A stretch of 64,000 nt of DNA from Alphaproteobacteria bacterium (GTDB taxonomy: Bacteria > Pseudomonadota > Alphaproteobacteria > Rs-D84), in NCBI GenBank assembly GCA_009777955.1, contig WRKW01000006.1:1866-65865 (forward strand), given 5' to 3'. Below, in pieces: positions 37,773 through 47,656 of the stretch; position 1 is the first letter of the stretch, and the number at the start of each line of letters is the position of its first letter. The position numbers and the translations under genes were made by a program. The notes beneath the pieces were generated by a model that saw nothing but the letters and a program-made list of their open reading frames with translations, made no database searches and was not told the DNA's origin.

Positions 37773-39749
37773 ATGACAACCCAACCCAAATCTTATTCGG
37801 CAAGCGATATCCAGGTTCTGGAAGGGCTGGAGCCTGTACGTCTGCGTCCCGGAATGTATATCGGCGGTACGGATGAAAAGGCCTGGCACCATCTGCCCAT
37901 CGAAATATTGGACAATGCTGTCGACGAAGCTGTCGCCGGATTTGCAAAAAAAATAACCGTATCGCTGATTGATGCCAAAACCATTGAAATATCCGATGAC
38001 GGTCGCGGAATACCCGTTGACGCACATCCAAAATTTCCAGATAAATCCGCACTTGAAATCATATTCTCGTCGCTTCACTCCGGCGGAAAATTCGACAACA
38101 GTGTTTATAAAACAAGCGGCGGATTGCATGGTGTCGGATCGGCGGTCGTAAACGCTTTGTCGGCCAGCACGACCGTTACTGTCGCACGCGACGGATATGT
38201 GTGGACTATCAATTTTTCACGCGGAAAAACATTGGGGGCAATTCAGCGGGGCGAAGCCACAAAAAATCGCGGAACCACAGTGCGGTTTACTTTGGACGAT
38301 CAGATTTTCGGTTCAAACGCGTCTTTCAAACCCGTAAAAATATATCGTATGGCGCGTGCAAAGGCATTCCTTACCAAAGGTGTCAAGATTGAATGGAAAT
38401 GCAACCCGGAACTGATTACCGAAGATATGATTCTGCCCGCAACTGCAACATTCCATTATCCCAACGGCGTTGCTGACTTTCTGGAACAAAAGACCACCAG
38501 TAAACCGCGCCTGTTACCAAGGATATTCAGTGGATCAGTGGATTTTCCGGATGATTCGGGACACGTTGAATGGGCACTGACCGTATTGACCGATGAAAAT
38601 GGGGCGGCATCCGACGACGGATTTTTTACAAGTTACTGTAACACTATCGCCACAATCGACGGCGGAACGCACGAATCGGGATTTCGTACCGCTATTACCC
38701 GCGGATTAAAAAACTATGGCGACAAAATAAACAACAAGGCCGCCGCGCAAATTACCGGTGATGATGTATTCGACAGCGCATGCGCAATTGTAAGCGTATT
38801 CTATAAATCCCCGCAATTTCTTGGCCAGACAAAGGAAAAACTTTCCAATCCAGAAGTCGCGCGGTATGTTGAAAAAGCTCTTTCCGACCCATGGGAATTA
38901 TTTTTGGCATCAGATCCAAAAACAGCAACGGCACTTTTGGAATTTGTAAATAACCTTGCCGCGGCGCGGATAAAAACAAAACAAGTAAAAGACATCGCGC
39001 GGAAAACACCTACAAAACGCGCACGTATGCCGGCAAAGCTGGCCGATTGCAGCAAGCATGGCATATCAGGAACCGAATTATTCATAGTAGAGGGCGAATC
39101 GGCGGGCGGTACTGCCAAACAGGCACGCGACCGCGCGACCCAGGCTATTATGCCCCTGCGCGGAAAAGTTTTGAATGTCATGTCGAACAGTGATGAAAAA
39201 TTCGGCGCGAACAAAGAACTGGGCGAACTGATAGACATTATCGGCGCAGGAACGGCAAAAGACTGGGACGAATCAAAGTTACGCTATGAAAAAATAATCA
39301 TCATGACCGATGCGGATGTCGACGGTTCGCACATTGCATCGTTGCTTATGACCTTTTTTTACCAAGTCATGCCCGGACTTATCCATAATGGACATCTGTA
39401 CCTTTCCTGTCCGCCGCTTTATAAATTGACCGTCGGAACCGAATCGGTATATGTTGCCAGCGATGAAGAACTGGAAGAATTGAAAAACGGAAAATACAAA
39501 GGCAAAAAACAGGATATCAGCCGTTTCAAAGGTTTGGGTGAAATGATGCCAAACCAACTGAAAGAAACCACCATGGATCCGAAAACCCGCCGGCTTATCC
39601 GTGTAGAGCTTCCACCGCGGACAGAAGATGGTGCGGAAGACGCGGAAAAAACCCGGGTATTGATAAGCGAGCTGATGGGTAAAAAACCCGAATTTCGATT
39701 CCGATTTATTACAGAGCATGCAAAATTTGTAAAAGATTTATTTGTATAA
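37773..39749 (+). CDS. parE: DNA topoisomerase IV subunit B
   Basis: GLEPVRLRPGMYIGGTD, GGLHGVG, FIVEGESAGG, PLRGK, IMTDADVDG; lacks the long GyrB insert. Confidence 0.88.
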   Translation: MTTQPKSYSASDIQVLEGLEPVRLRPGMYIGGTDEKAWHHLPIEILDNAVDEAVAGFAKKITVSLIDAKTIEISDDGRGIPVDAHPKFPDKSALEIIFSSLHSGGKFDNSVYKTSGGLHGVGSAVVNALSASTTVTVARDGYVWTINFSRGKTLGAIQRGEATKNRGTTVRFTLDDQIFGSNASFKPVKIYRMARAKAFLTKGVKIEWKCNPELITEDMILPATATFHYPNGVADFLEQKTTSKPRLLPRIFSGSVDFPDDSGHVEWALTVLTDENGAASDDGFFTSYCNTIATIDGGTHESGFRTAITRGLKNYGDKINNKAAAQITGDDVFDSACAIVSVFYKSPQFLGQTKEKLSNPEVARYVEKALSDPWELFLASDPKTATALLEFVNNLAAARIKTKQVKDIARKTPTKRARMPAKLADCSKHGISGTELFIVEGESAGGTAKQARDRATQAIMPLRGKVLNVMSNSDEKFGANKELGELIDIIGAGTAKDWDESKLRYEKIIIMTDADVDGSHIASLLMTFFYQVMPGLIHNGHLYLSCPPLYKLTVGTESVYVASDEELEELKNGKYKGKKQDISRFKGLGEMMPNQLKETTMDPKTRRLIRVELPPRTEDGAEDAEKTRVLISELMGKKPEFRFRFITEHAKFVKDLFV

Positions 39750-39983
39750 ACTTTTACCGGGTCGGGTTCAATTGAACCCGAAGTGTTCATGCTCGGATAT
39801 ACAACATAATTTCCGCATATCAAATCTCTTTCAGAATAATTACATTATACCAAAAAACCAACATTAAAAAGTGAGATAATATGCGAATCTATTTTGAATT
39901 TGCGACGGATTATATTGCAAGTTCTTTATTGTCAATTTTTCTGATATAATATCCACAATAATAATATAAATGGAAGCTATAAC

Positions 39984-40943
39984 ATGCACTATAAAGACAT
40001 TGGACTTTCGAACACCAAAATAATGCTTTTGGATGCGTTACGCGGCGGATATGCCGTACCGGCATATAATTTCAGTAATCTGGAACAATTACAGGCAATA
40101 ATATCCGCCTGTGCGGAAACACAATCGCCAGTTATACTGCAAGTATCATCCAGCGCGCGAAAATATATCGGGGGGGCGATGCTGACCGCATTGGCACGCG
40201 GGGCGACCGAATATGCAAAAGAGCTTGGTATGACGGCACCTATGGCATTGCACCTTGACCACGGTGCAAATTTTCAAATATGCAAGGATGTAATAGATAT
40301 GGGATTTTCCAGCGTAATGATCGACGGATCCGCCCTGCCCTTTGAAAAAAATGTCCAACTTTCCGCACAAGTTGTAGAATACGCGCACAAATTCGATGTA
40401 TCAGTCGAAGCAGAGCTTGGTTCTATTTCAGGAATAGAAGATGAAAAAATCGGTACCAAGTCCCATTATACAAATCCCGATGAAGTTGTCCGATTCGTAA
40501 ATGCAACCGGAATCGACAGCCTTGCCGTATCCATAGGTACAAGCCATGGGGCTTATAAGATGAAATCACCCACTGATACATTGCGGTTTGATATATTGGA
40601 AAATATTGCCCAGCTATTGCCTGATTTACCATTGGTTCTGCATGGTGCATCAAGCGTACCCCAAGACATTATCGCAGATATAAACAAATATGGCGGAAAT
40701 ATCCCAGATGCGCGGGGAATCCCGGAAAATCAACTGATTCGCGCGCGCAAAATAAATATTTGCAAAATAAATGTGGATTCCGATACCCGTTTGGCATTTA
40801 CCGCCGGGTTGCGGAAAATGCTTTCTGAACAACCATCGGTATTCGACCCGCGCAATTACCTTTCAGTTTCTCGGGATATGATGAAAACGCTTTTTAAAGA
40901 TAAAAATTTGAACGTGATGGGATCTGGCAAACTGCAGAAATAA
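39984..40943 (+). CDS. fba: Class II fructose-bisphosphate aldolase
   Basis: YAVPAYN, LHLDHG, SSVMIDGS, VEAELG, GTSHGAYK, PLVLHGAS, FDPRNY. Confidence 0.93.
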   Translation: MHYKDIGLSNTKIMLLDALRGGYAVPAYNFSNLEQLQAIISACAETQSPVILQVSSSARKYIGGAMLTALARGATEYAKELGMTAPMALHLDHGANFQICKDVIDMGFSSVMIDGSALPFEKNVQLSAQVVEYAHKFDVSVEAELGSISGIEDEKIGTKSHYTNPDEVVRFVNATGIDSLAVSIGTSHGAYKMKSPTDTLRFDILENIAQLLPDLPLVLHGASSVPQDIIADINKYGGNIPDARGIPENQLIRARKINICKINVDSDTRLAFTAGLRKMLSEQPSVFDPRNYLSVSRDMMKTLFKDKNLNVMGSGKLQK

Positions 40944-40944
40944 T

Positions 40945-41017
40945 GGGTCATGCCTAGATTAGATAGATAAATTTGCCCATAAGGGTATGATTTATCTATC
41001 TAATCTAGGCATGACCC
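40945..41017. repeat. 73-bp palindrome with perfect 28-bp arms
   Basis: gggtcatgcctagattagatagataaat-17nt-atttatctatctaatctaggcatgaccc. Confidence 0.85.
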
Positions 41018-41080
41018 GAAATAATGCTTGCGCAATAATTTTTTCATGTGCTAGAATCTTTTTGACAAAAGGAGTCTACC

Positions 41081-41683
41081 ATGGAATTCGGACATGTTAA
41101 ACGCTCTACTGAAGAATTGATAAACGCATCTGTGGCACGCCAGAAACTTTGGATGTCCCGCATGCGCGAACGCGGCAAGGCATTGCTTAAATACTTAGCA
41201 AAGCATTCTGTCAAAACCATGCAAACCATTGTTGCCGTGACCCCATTGGTAAATAAATTACAAGACAACGATGTATCACGCCAAAGTTATTGGAACAAGC
41301 TGGTATATTTGCTGTCGGTGTTTTCTGTGCTTGCTGTGATTGCATTGGCTGGCTGGCTGTTGTTTGGTCAAAGTTACGTCCAAACAACCAATCATATAGT
41401 GGAAACTGAAATGATATCCGAAGAACAGCCACTGGAAGCAGAACCAATCGTGCAACCGGTTGAAGAAATAGAACATGTTTCACAACCAGAACCAAAACCG
41501 ACGGTCAAAACCGTGGCTTTGATTGACGATACAGACTATACAGTGCAAAAAGGCGATTGCCTTTGGGATATAGCAGTAATCAAATTCGGTGATGGGTTTA
41601 AATACAAAGTTCTGGCGGAATATAACGATATAACCGATCCAGATCGCATATATCCAGGGCAAGTTTTGAAAATGCCCCGATAA
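41081..41683 (+). CDS. Membrane-anchored LysM domain protein
   Basis: Central TM, C-terminal YTVQKGDCLWDIA..IYPGQVLKMP. Confidence 0.88.
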   Translation: MEFGHVKRSTEELINASVARQKLWMSRMRERGKALLKYLAKHSVKTMQTIVAVTPLVNKLQDNDVSRQSYWNKLVYLLSVFSVLAVIALAGWLLFGQSYVQTTNHIVETEMISEEQPLEAEPIVQPVEEIEHVSQPEPKPTVKTVALIDDTDYTVQKGDCLWDIAVIKFGDGFKYKVLAEYNDITDPDRIYPGQVLKMPR

Positions 41684-41690
41684 CTACATT

Positions 41691-41718
41691 AAGCCCCCGA
41701 TTATCGGGGGCTATTTTT
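41691..41718 (+). terminator. Rho-independent terminator
   Basis: agcccccgattatcgggggct followed by atttttt. Confidence 0.7.
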
Positions 41719-41761
41719 CTAATCGGGTCTGTCGTTTTAATTTACGTCACCCATGTGCAGG

Positions 41762-42448
41762 TTAAAACACTTCATAAACCGCTATGCCACAAAATTTACT
41801 GTCTTTCATATATTCAAATAAATTAACGCGGACAACGCCCGTATCTTGTCCGGCATGTATCAGGTCGTTACCGAACAAAAATCCCGTATGGGCTATCATA
41901 TCTCCGCGGACAAATTTGTTATCCACCCCGCACCGTATAAAAAACACTATTGCATCTTGTGGCATTTTGGCCAGCAGTTCTTGTGTTAAATCCACACGCG
42001 GCACATAGGGTACTGACATTTCAAATGGCATCGCTGCACCATAATTAACACCGGTCTTATCTTTGTACCATTTCTGCAAATCAACCCGCGCAAAGGTTTC
42101 AGCATGATGCCCCGTTTTTATCGCCCCAATCAGCCCCATCGACACAGTATTTGGAATCCAATCGGTTTCCGTCCAATGATTACGTTTGAACCAATCTATA
42201 TTACCGTCTTTGTATCTGATTTTTTGAAGATCTAATCCACTGCTTTCCGAAAGCACGGTTTCGACAAATGTCAGGCAATCGAACGCGTCTGTTCTGTAAA
42301 CCGGATCGGGATCATATTGCGCGCCCTGCCCCTCGCCCAGCGGATCCAATACATACGGCACACCTATATACCGCATCGCGGCGGATTCAAGCGATGATTT
42401 TTGCATCGCACAACCAGCCAAAAGAATCACAAGACAAAGTTTTTTCAT
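41762..42448 (-). CDS. DUF1460 (NlpC/P60-like amidase) lipoprotein
   Basis: Lipobox LAGC, GVPYV..LGEG, FDCLTFVETV, RNHW..DW, HTGF. Confidence 0.8.
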   Translation of the reverse strand: MKKLCLVILLAGCAMQKSSLESAAMRYIGVPYVLDPLGEGQGAQYDPDPVYRTDAFDCLTFVETVLSESSGLDLQKIRYKDGNIDWFKRNHWTETDWIPNTVSMGLIGAIKTGHHAETFARVDLQKWYKDKTGVNYGAAMPFEMSVPYVPRVDLTQELLAKMPQDAIVFFIRCGVDNKFVRGDMIAHTGFLFGNDLIHAGQDTGVVRVNLFEYMKDSKFCGIAVYEVF

Positions 42449-42450
42449 AG

Positions 42451-43077
42451 TTATTTTGGATTATATCCGAATATATCCCGTTCCCCCCAATCCATATCCA
42501 TCTGGCACCGCGTGGGCAAGAATTCAAAACATTTATTTGCCAATTCCAACCGATTTGTATCTGCAAGCATGTCGGTTAAAACACGTTTCAAGTCATGCAG
42601 ATACAAAACATCAGTCGCTGCATAATTTTGTTGTTTTTTTGTCAGGGTTCGTGTCCAATCGCTGGTGGTTTCTTCTGCACCACACATTTCTATTTTGAAT
42701 AATTCTTTCAAAACATTATGCAGCGCGTGCCCTTTTTTTGGACGTGCCAAAAGCACCGCTATCTTGGTACAGAACACCGGTACTACCCATATTCCCAAAC
42801 GCTTGTAAATCATCAGCATATCCATACGGGCATAATGAAAAATTTTTACAGACTTCGGATTCGCCAACACCTTTGTCAGATTCGGATATGTTTGACCGTC
42901 CTTTATCTGTATAAGATAAAAATCAGAACAATCCAAAGCGCGCAACTGTACAAGGCACAACCGGTCGGATTTCACGTCCAGCCCCGTTAATTCTGTATCT
43001 ACTGCAAGCTCTTTGGATACCATCAGCGCGCGCGCCTGTTTATCCGACAAATCATGCTGTTGGTATATTATATTCAT
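42451..43077 (-). CDS. rnd: Ribonuclease D-like 3'-5' exonuclease
   Basis: LAVDTELTGL..DRLCLVQL, FHYARMD, TSDW, YAATDVLYL. Confidence 0.85.
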   Translation of the reverse strand: MNIIYQQHDLSDKQARALMVSKELAVDTELTGLDVKSDRLCLVQLRALDCSDFYLIQIKDGQTYPNLTKVLANPKSVKIFHYARMDMLMIYKRLGIWVVPVFCTKIAVLLARPKKGHALHNVLKELFKIEMCGAEETTSDWTRTLTKKQQNYAATDVLYLHDLKRVLTDMLADTNRLELANKCFEFLPTRCQMDMDWGERDIFGYNPK

Positions 43078-43514
43078 ACCCCTATCCTTTTAATCATGGA
43101 AATTGCGTCTTCAAGGATTATTGCCGCGGCCGCTGTATCTATCGCAGTTTTTTTATCTTTTCTTTCCTTTGCCTCTGCCGATGTCAGACGTTCATCTATA
43201 AATGTGATCGGGATATCCACAGTTTTGGCCAGTATGTCTGCAAATAATCGAACCGCATGCGTGGTTTCCGAATCTGTTCCATCCGCATGCTGTGGTAACC
43301 CGATAATAATTCCAACGACTTTTTCAAAATTGGCGTTATCAATGATTACTTTAACCAAATTGTCCGCATCCATAATAACTTTTCTTGGAAATATAAATTC
43401 CCTGCTTTCGTCCGATACCGCCAATCCCACACGACGCGCCCCCCAATCAATACCAAGCAAGCGTCCTTTGGCGGGCAATTTGGCGACAAAATCCTTGAAA
43501 TCTGCGAAAATCAT
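43074..43514 (-). CDS. ruvX: RuvX/YqgF pre-16S rRNA nuclease
   Basis: LLGIDWGARRVGLAVSD, IIGLP, DERLTS, DTAAAAIILE. Confidence 0.9.
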   Translation of the reverse strand: MIFADFKDFVAKLPAKGRLLGIDWGARRVGLAVSDESREFIFPRKVIMDADNLVKVIIDNANFEKVVGIIIGLPQHADGTDSETTHAVRLFADILAKTVDIPITFIDERLTSAEAKERKDKKTAIDTAAAAIILEDAISMIKRIGV

Positions 43515-43562
43515 AGTATTATTATACGGTAATTTTAACAAATAGCAAACACGAGCTATAAA

Positions 43563-43856
43563 ATGTCCTTTACCAAACAACAATTGCAAAAATTCGCCCA
43601 CCTTATACGTATCGAAATAAGCGATGATAAATTGGATCAGATGAAAATCGATTCTATAATCGACTGGCTGGATAAATTGAAAAAAATCGATACCACTGGC
43701 ATCCAACCCATGATTTCCCCCGCGGAGCACACTGTCAAACTGCGCGACGACATCGTGACAGACGGCAATATCCGTGATGCAGTGCTGGCGAATGCGCCGG
43801 ATAATACCGGAAAATCCCGCGGATATTTTGCCGTGCCAAAAGTTATGGATGAATAA
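43563..43856 (+). CDS. gatC: Asp/Glu-tRNA amidotransferase subunit C
   Basis: LRDDIV..LANAP..YFAVPKV. Confidence 0.92.
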   Translation: MSFTKQQLQKFAHLIRIEISDDKLDQMKIDSIIDWLDKLKKIDTTGIQPMISPAEHTVKLRDDIVTDGNIRDAVLANAPDNTGKSRGYFAVPKVMDE

Positions 43857-43857
43857 A

Positions 43858-45330
43858 ATGATAGATCTAACCCTTGTTCAGGCAATTGAAAAACTTCGCG
43901 CGCGGGAAATTACAGCTATAGAACTTACCCGCGCATATCTTGATCGTATCGAAAAATTCGGCACGGAATTGAACTGTTATATAACCGTTACCCCCGAAAG
44001 GGCACTTTCGGATGCGGCCGAATCAGACCGGCGTTATGCAAATGGTACCGCACGACCGCTGGAAGGAATACCACTGGGCATGAAAGATCTGTTCGCCACA
44101 AAGGGCATTCGTACTACGGCCGCATCGCGCATGCTTGAAAACTTTATCCCGGAATATGAATCCACGGTTTCGCAAAAGCTGGCTGATGCCGGATGCGTGC
44201 TGTTGGGCAAGACCAATTTGGACGAATTCGCGATGGGCACAAAGTGCGCGACTTCCTATTTTGGCGCATCTATAAATCCGTACCAACGCGAACAGTGTCT
44301 TACGGCGGGCGGTTCTTCCGGTGGCACAACATCTGCGGTCGCGGGCGGATTGGCGCTTATCGGAACCGGAACCGATACCGGCGGATCCATCCGTTTTCCA
44401 GCGGCGGTTACGGGTTTGGTCGGCATGAAGCCGACATACGGCCTATGTTCGCGATTCGGCTGCATCGCATTTGCATCATCGCTTGATAGTCCCGGCCCTA
44501 TTGTACGCAAGGTTGATGACGCGGCACTGATGTTGTCAGCAATGGCCGGTTATGACACCAAAGAATCGACAAGTGCCCCGCAAGCGGATGCAATCGCGAC
44601 TGTATTGCGCGAACCATTAGCCGAACTTTCATTAAAAGGTTTAAAAATCGGCATCATAAAAGAATTTAAAGATGTGGAAATTTCTGCCGATATGAAAAAA
44701 CTTTTCGATGCACAAATAGCTAATATAAAATCCGGCGGTGCGGAAATTATGGAAATATCAATCCCAAATATTTTGGACGCGCTGGCTACATATTATGTCA
44801 TATCACCGGCCGAAGCGTCCAGCAATCTGGCACGATATGATGGGATGAGATACGGTCTTCGTATAGAAGGCACCGGTCTGGAAGATACTTATAAAAAAAC
44901 CCGTGCAGCAGGGTTCGGAGAAGAAGTCCAGCGGCGCATGGTTGTCGGTACCGCAGTACTGTCATCCGAATCGTACGAAGTATACTTTATGCAAGCGGCC
45001 AGGGTTCGACGCATGATAGACGACGCATTCAACAAAGCATTTGAAAATTGCGATCTGATTATATGCCCAACCAGCACGATAACGGCATTTTCGCTGTCCG
45101 ACAATCTTTCAGTGCTTGAAATGTACGCACTTGATATATTTACCGTTCCGTTCAGTTTATCCGGTCTGCCCGCGTGCAGCGTTCCAGCGGGATTTGCCGC
45201 AAATAATCTGCCACTGGGCATGCAAGTTGTAGGTCGCCGTTTCGATGATATTCGCGTATTGCAACTGGCAAAACATATTGAAACTTTTGCTGGTCTTGAT
45301 AATCGGCCCACGAAAGTGATGGGGGAATAA
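43858..45330 (+). CDS. gatA: Asp/Glu-tRNA amidotransferase subunit A
   Basis: GKTNLDEFAMG, GGSSGG, GTDTGGSIRFPA, SSNLARYDG. Confidence 0.95.
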   Translation: MIDLTLVQAIEKLRAREITAIELTRAYLDRIEKFGTELNCYITVTPERALSDAAESDRRYANGTARPLEGIPLGMKDLFATKGIRTTAASRMLENFIPEYESTVSQKLADAGCVLLGKTNLDEFAMGTKCATSYFGASINPYQREQCLTAGGSSGGTTSAVAGGLALIGTGTDTGGSIRFPAAVTGLVGMKPTYGLCSRFGCIAFASSLDSPGPIVRKVDDAALMLSAMAGYDTKESTSAPQADAIATVLREPLAELSLKGLKIGIIKEFKDVEISADMKKLFDAQIANIKSGGAEIMEISIPNILDALATYYVISPAEASSNLARYDGMRYGLRIEGTGLEDTYKKTRAAGFGEEVQRRMVVGTAVLSSESYEVYFMQAARVRRMIDDAFNKAFENCDLIICPTSTITAFSLSDNLSVLEMYALDIFTVPFSLSGLPACSVPAGFAANNLPLGMQVVGRRFDDIRVLQLAKHIETFAGLDNRPTKVMGE

Positions 45331-45331
45331 T

Positions 45332-46852
45332 ATGACATATACAATAAAAGGAAAAACAGGCGAATGGGAAATTGTAATAGGGTTGGAAATTCATGTCGAA
45401 ATTCACAGCAATGCAAAGTTGTTTTCCGGCGCATCCGCCGATTATAATCCGTCGATACCACCCAATACACAGGCATCTTTTATTGATGCGGCGATGCCCG
45501 GCATGCTGCCAGTTCTTAATTCTGAATGCGTTAACCAGGCAATTCGATTCGGACTTGCGATTAATGCCGAAATTTCCCGCCGGTCGATTTTCGCACGAAA
45601 ACAATATTTTTATCCAGATCTGCCATCTGGATACCAGATTTCCCAACCTGCTGGCGAACCACCCGTCATAGGCCGGGGATGGGTCGAAATTATCGGCGAT
45701 GATGGAAATCCGAAAAAAATCCTTATCGAACGCGCCCATCTTGAACAAGATGCCGCAAAGAATATGCACGACAAGCATCCGGAAAAGTCATTCGTGGATC
45801 TTAATCGGGCGGGGGTGGCATTGCTGGAAATCGTGGCATTCATAGACATTACCAACAAGGAAAAAAATTCTTTTGTTACCTCGCCGGACGAGGCAGAACG
45901 CTATCTTCGCACCATCCGGGAAATAGTCCGTGCGACAGGTGTGTCGAATGCCAATATGGAAGAAGGAAGTATGAGAGCCGATGTCAATGTATCGGTTCGA
46001 CCAAAGGGGGCAACTTTTTTCAATGAACGTTGCGAAATCAAAAACACGGTGTCATTTAAATTTATAAAGGCGGCGATAGAATACGAAGCCCGTCGCCAGA
46101 TTGAAATCATTGAAAATGGCGGTACGATAGAACGCAGCACCATGCGCTTTAACCAGGACAGTGGCACAACCAGCGTTCAGCGCAGTAAAGAAAATGCCCT
46201 GGACTATCGGTATTTTCCAGATCCTGATCTGTTGCCGTTGGTTATCACGGACGAACAGATTGAAAAGATACGCGGCACCATGCCTGAATTGCCAACAGCA
46301 CGCCGGACACGTTATATACATGAACTGGGTCTTTCTGAATACGACGCAACGCGCCTTACCGAATCGATGGATATTTCAAAATGGTTCGAAAGTGCCATCG
46401 GTGACAAGAAAGAACGCGCAAAGCCCATAGCCAATTGGATGATTAGCGAACTTTTTGCCCATCCGGAAAACTGGTCTGCCGATGATTCGTTAACCACAAC
46501 CCGTGATTCACGGCAAATCACCCCAATAGATTTGCAAGGGCTGGTTGATATGATCGCATCCGGTGAAATCAGCGGCAAAATAGCAAAAGATATATTTATA
46601 AAGATGCTGGACGGCGAATCGGGCAGCCCCTGTGATATAGCACAGCGTCACAATCTGCGTCAGGTAAACGATACAGGTGCGATAGAAAAAGCCGTCGATG
46701 ATGTACTTTCCGCTAATGCCGATTCAGTCACACAGTACCGCGACGGAAAGATAGGACTTTTTGGATTTTTTGTCGGCCAGGTTATGAAAGCCACCGGTGG
46801 CAAAGCCAATCCCGGCACCGTCAATGAAATCTTGAAAAGTAAACTAAACTGA
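45332..46852 (+). CDS. gatB: Asp/Glu-tRNA amidotransferase subunit B
   Basis: IGLEIHVE, YFYPDLP, DLNRAG, RADVNVS, YRYFPDPDL, GQVMKATGGKANP. Confidence 0.96.
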   Translation: MTYTIKGKTGEWEIVIGLEIHVEIHSNAKLFSGASADYNPSIPPNTQASFIDAAMPGMLPVLNSECVNQAIRFGLAINAEISRRSIFARKQYFYPDLPSGYQISQPAGEPPVIGRGWVEIIGDDGNPKKILIERAHLEQDAAKNMHDKHPEKSFVDLNRAGVALLEIVAFIDITNKEKNSFVTSPDEAERYLRTIREIVRATGVSNANMEEGSMRADVNVSVRPKGATFFNERCEIKNTVSFKFIKAAIEYEARRQIEIIENGGTIERSTMRFNQDSGTTSVQRSKENALDYRYFPDPDLLPLVITDEQIEKIRGTMPELPTARRTRYIHELGLSEYDATRLTESMDISKWFESAIGDKKERAKPIANWMISELFAHPENWSADDSLTTTRDSRQITPIDLQGLVDMIASGEISGKIAKDIFIKMLDGESGSPCDIAQRHNLRQVNDTGAIEKAVDDVLSANADSVTQYRDGKIGLFGFFVGQVMKATGGKANPGTVNEILKSKLN

Positions 46853-46866
46853 AAAAGAGAAACATA

Positions 46867-47025
46867 ATGCAACCCGTAAAAACCATAAAATACGAAGCCT
46901 ATGCGATAACCGGAATACAAGTGTTTGATTTTAATCCGGATAACCAATACGATGTTTATAAGAAAACACAGCAAGCACGCGAAGAACAGTCGATAATCAA
47001 ATATTGCCGGGCAAGACGAAAATAA
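46867..47025 (+). CDS. Small hypothetical protein (52 aa)
   Basis: Short ORF filling the gap after gatB; below ORF-track cutoff. Confidence 0.3.
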   Translation: MQPVKTIKYEAYAITGIQVFDFNPDNQYDVYKKTQQAREEQSIIKYCRARRK

Positions 47026-47128
47026 GCGAACCAAAAGAGAAAATATTCGTCGATAAATATAATTTGAAAAAGGCGCGCCGACCAATCAGAAACAAAGGGA
47101 GAGAGAAGCAACCCGAAAGGATCTTATT

Positions 47129-47656
47129 ATGAAGCAGGCAAACATCAGGCGGAAACTGGAATCCAAATCTAAAAACAGAATGCCGGAAATAACATACCCG
47201 ATGCTTGAAAAATGCTGGGCAGATTATATTTCTAATAGGCATTTGGAAAAAATAAACCCCGATAGTTTTTTACAGTTCGTCCGTCAAAGACATCCGGGGC
47301 ACAAAGCACTGGGCATGTGGTTCATAAAAACATTTGTCGAAAAAAGAATCGAATTGCTTCGCAAGACAGATCCAAAAATTTTCCGAACCCCCGAACCCGT
47401 CAAAATACCCGAAAAAATTCAACCACAACCCGCACCCGTTTTGTTTGAATTGTCTGCGGAATTTATCGAAGAATGCTGGTCATGGTACAGCAGATATAAA
47501 GATATATATATGCTTACCGGATTCGGCCTTGCACAATATGTAAATAGTGAGGCACGGTTGAAATTCGGCGCGGGAAAATTCACGCTTGCAAACCCGGATC
47601 AGATGGATAGTTTTATAGATAAAAAATGGATGGCGGGAAAAACCAAAACATTATGA
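47129..47656 (+). CDS. Hypothetical protein
   Basis: 175-aa ORF, AAGGA RBS, weak internal duplication (LEKCW/IEECW), stop overlaps miaB start. Confidence 0.6.
   Translation: MKQANIRRKLESKSKNRMPEITYPMLEKCWADYISNRHLEKINPDSFLQFVRQRHPGHKALGMWFIKTFVEKRIELLRKTDPKIFRTPEPVKIPEKIQPQPAPVLFELSAEFIEECWSWYSRYKDIYMLTGFGLAQYVNSEARLKFGAGKFTLANPDQMDSFIDKKWMAGKTKTL

Noticed and set aside
37773-39749. gyrB call
   Set aside because: Length and absence of the long proteobacterial GyrB insert fit ParE better.
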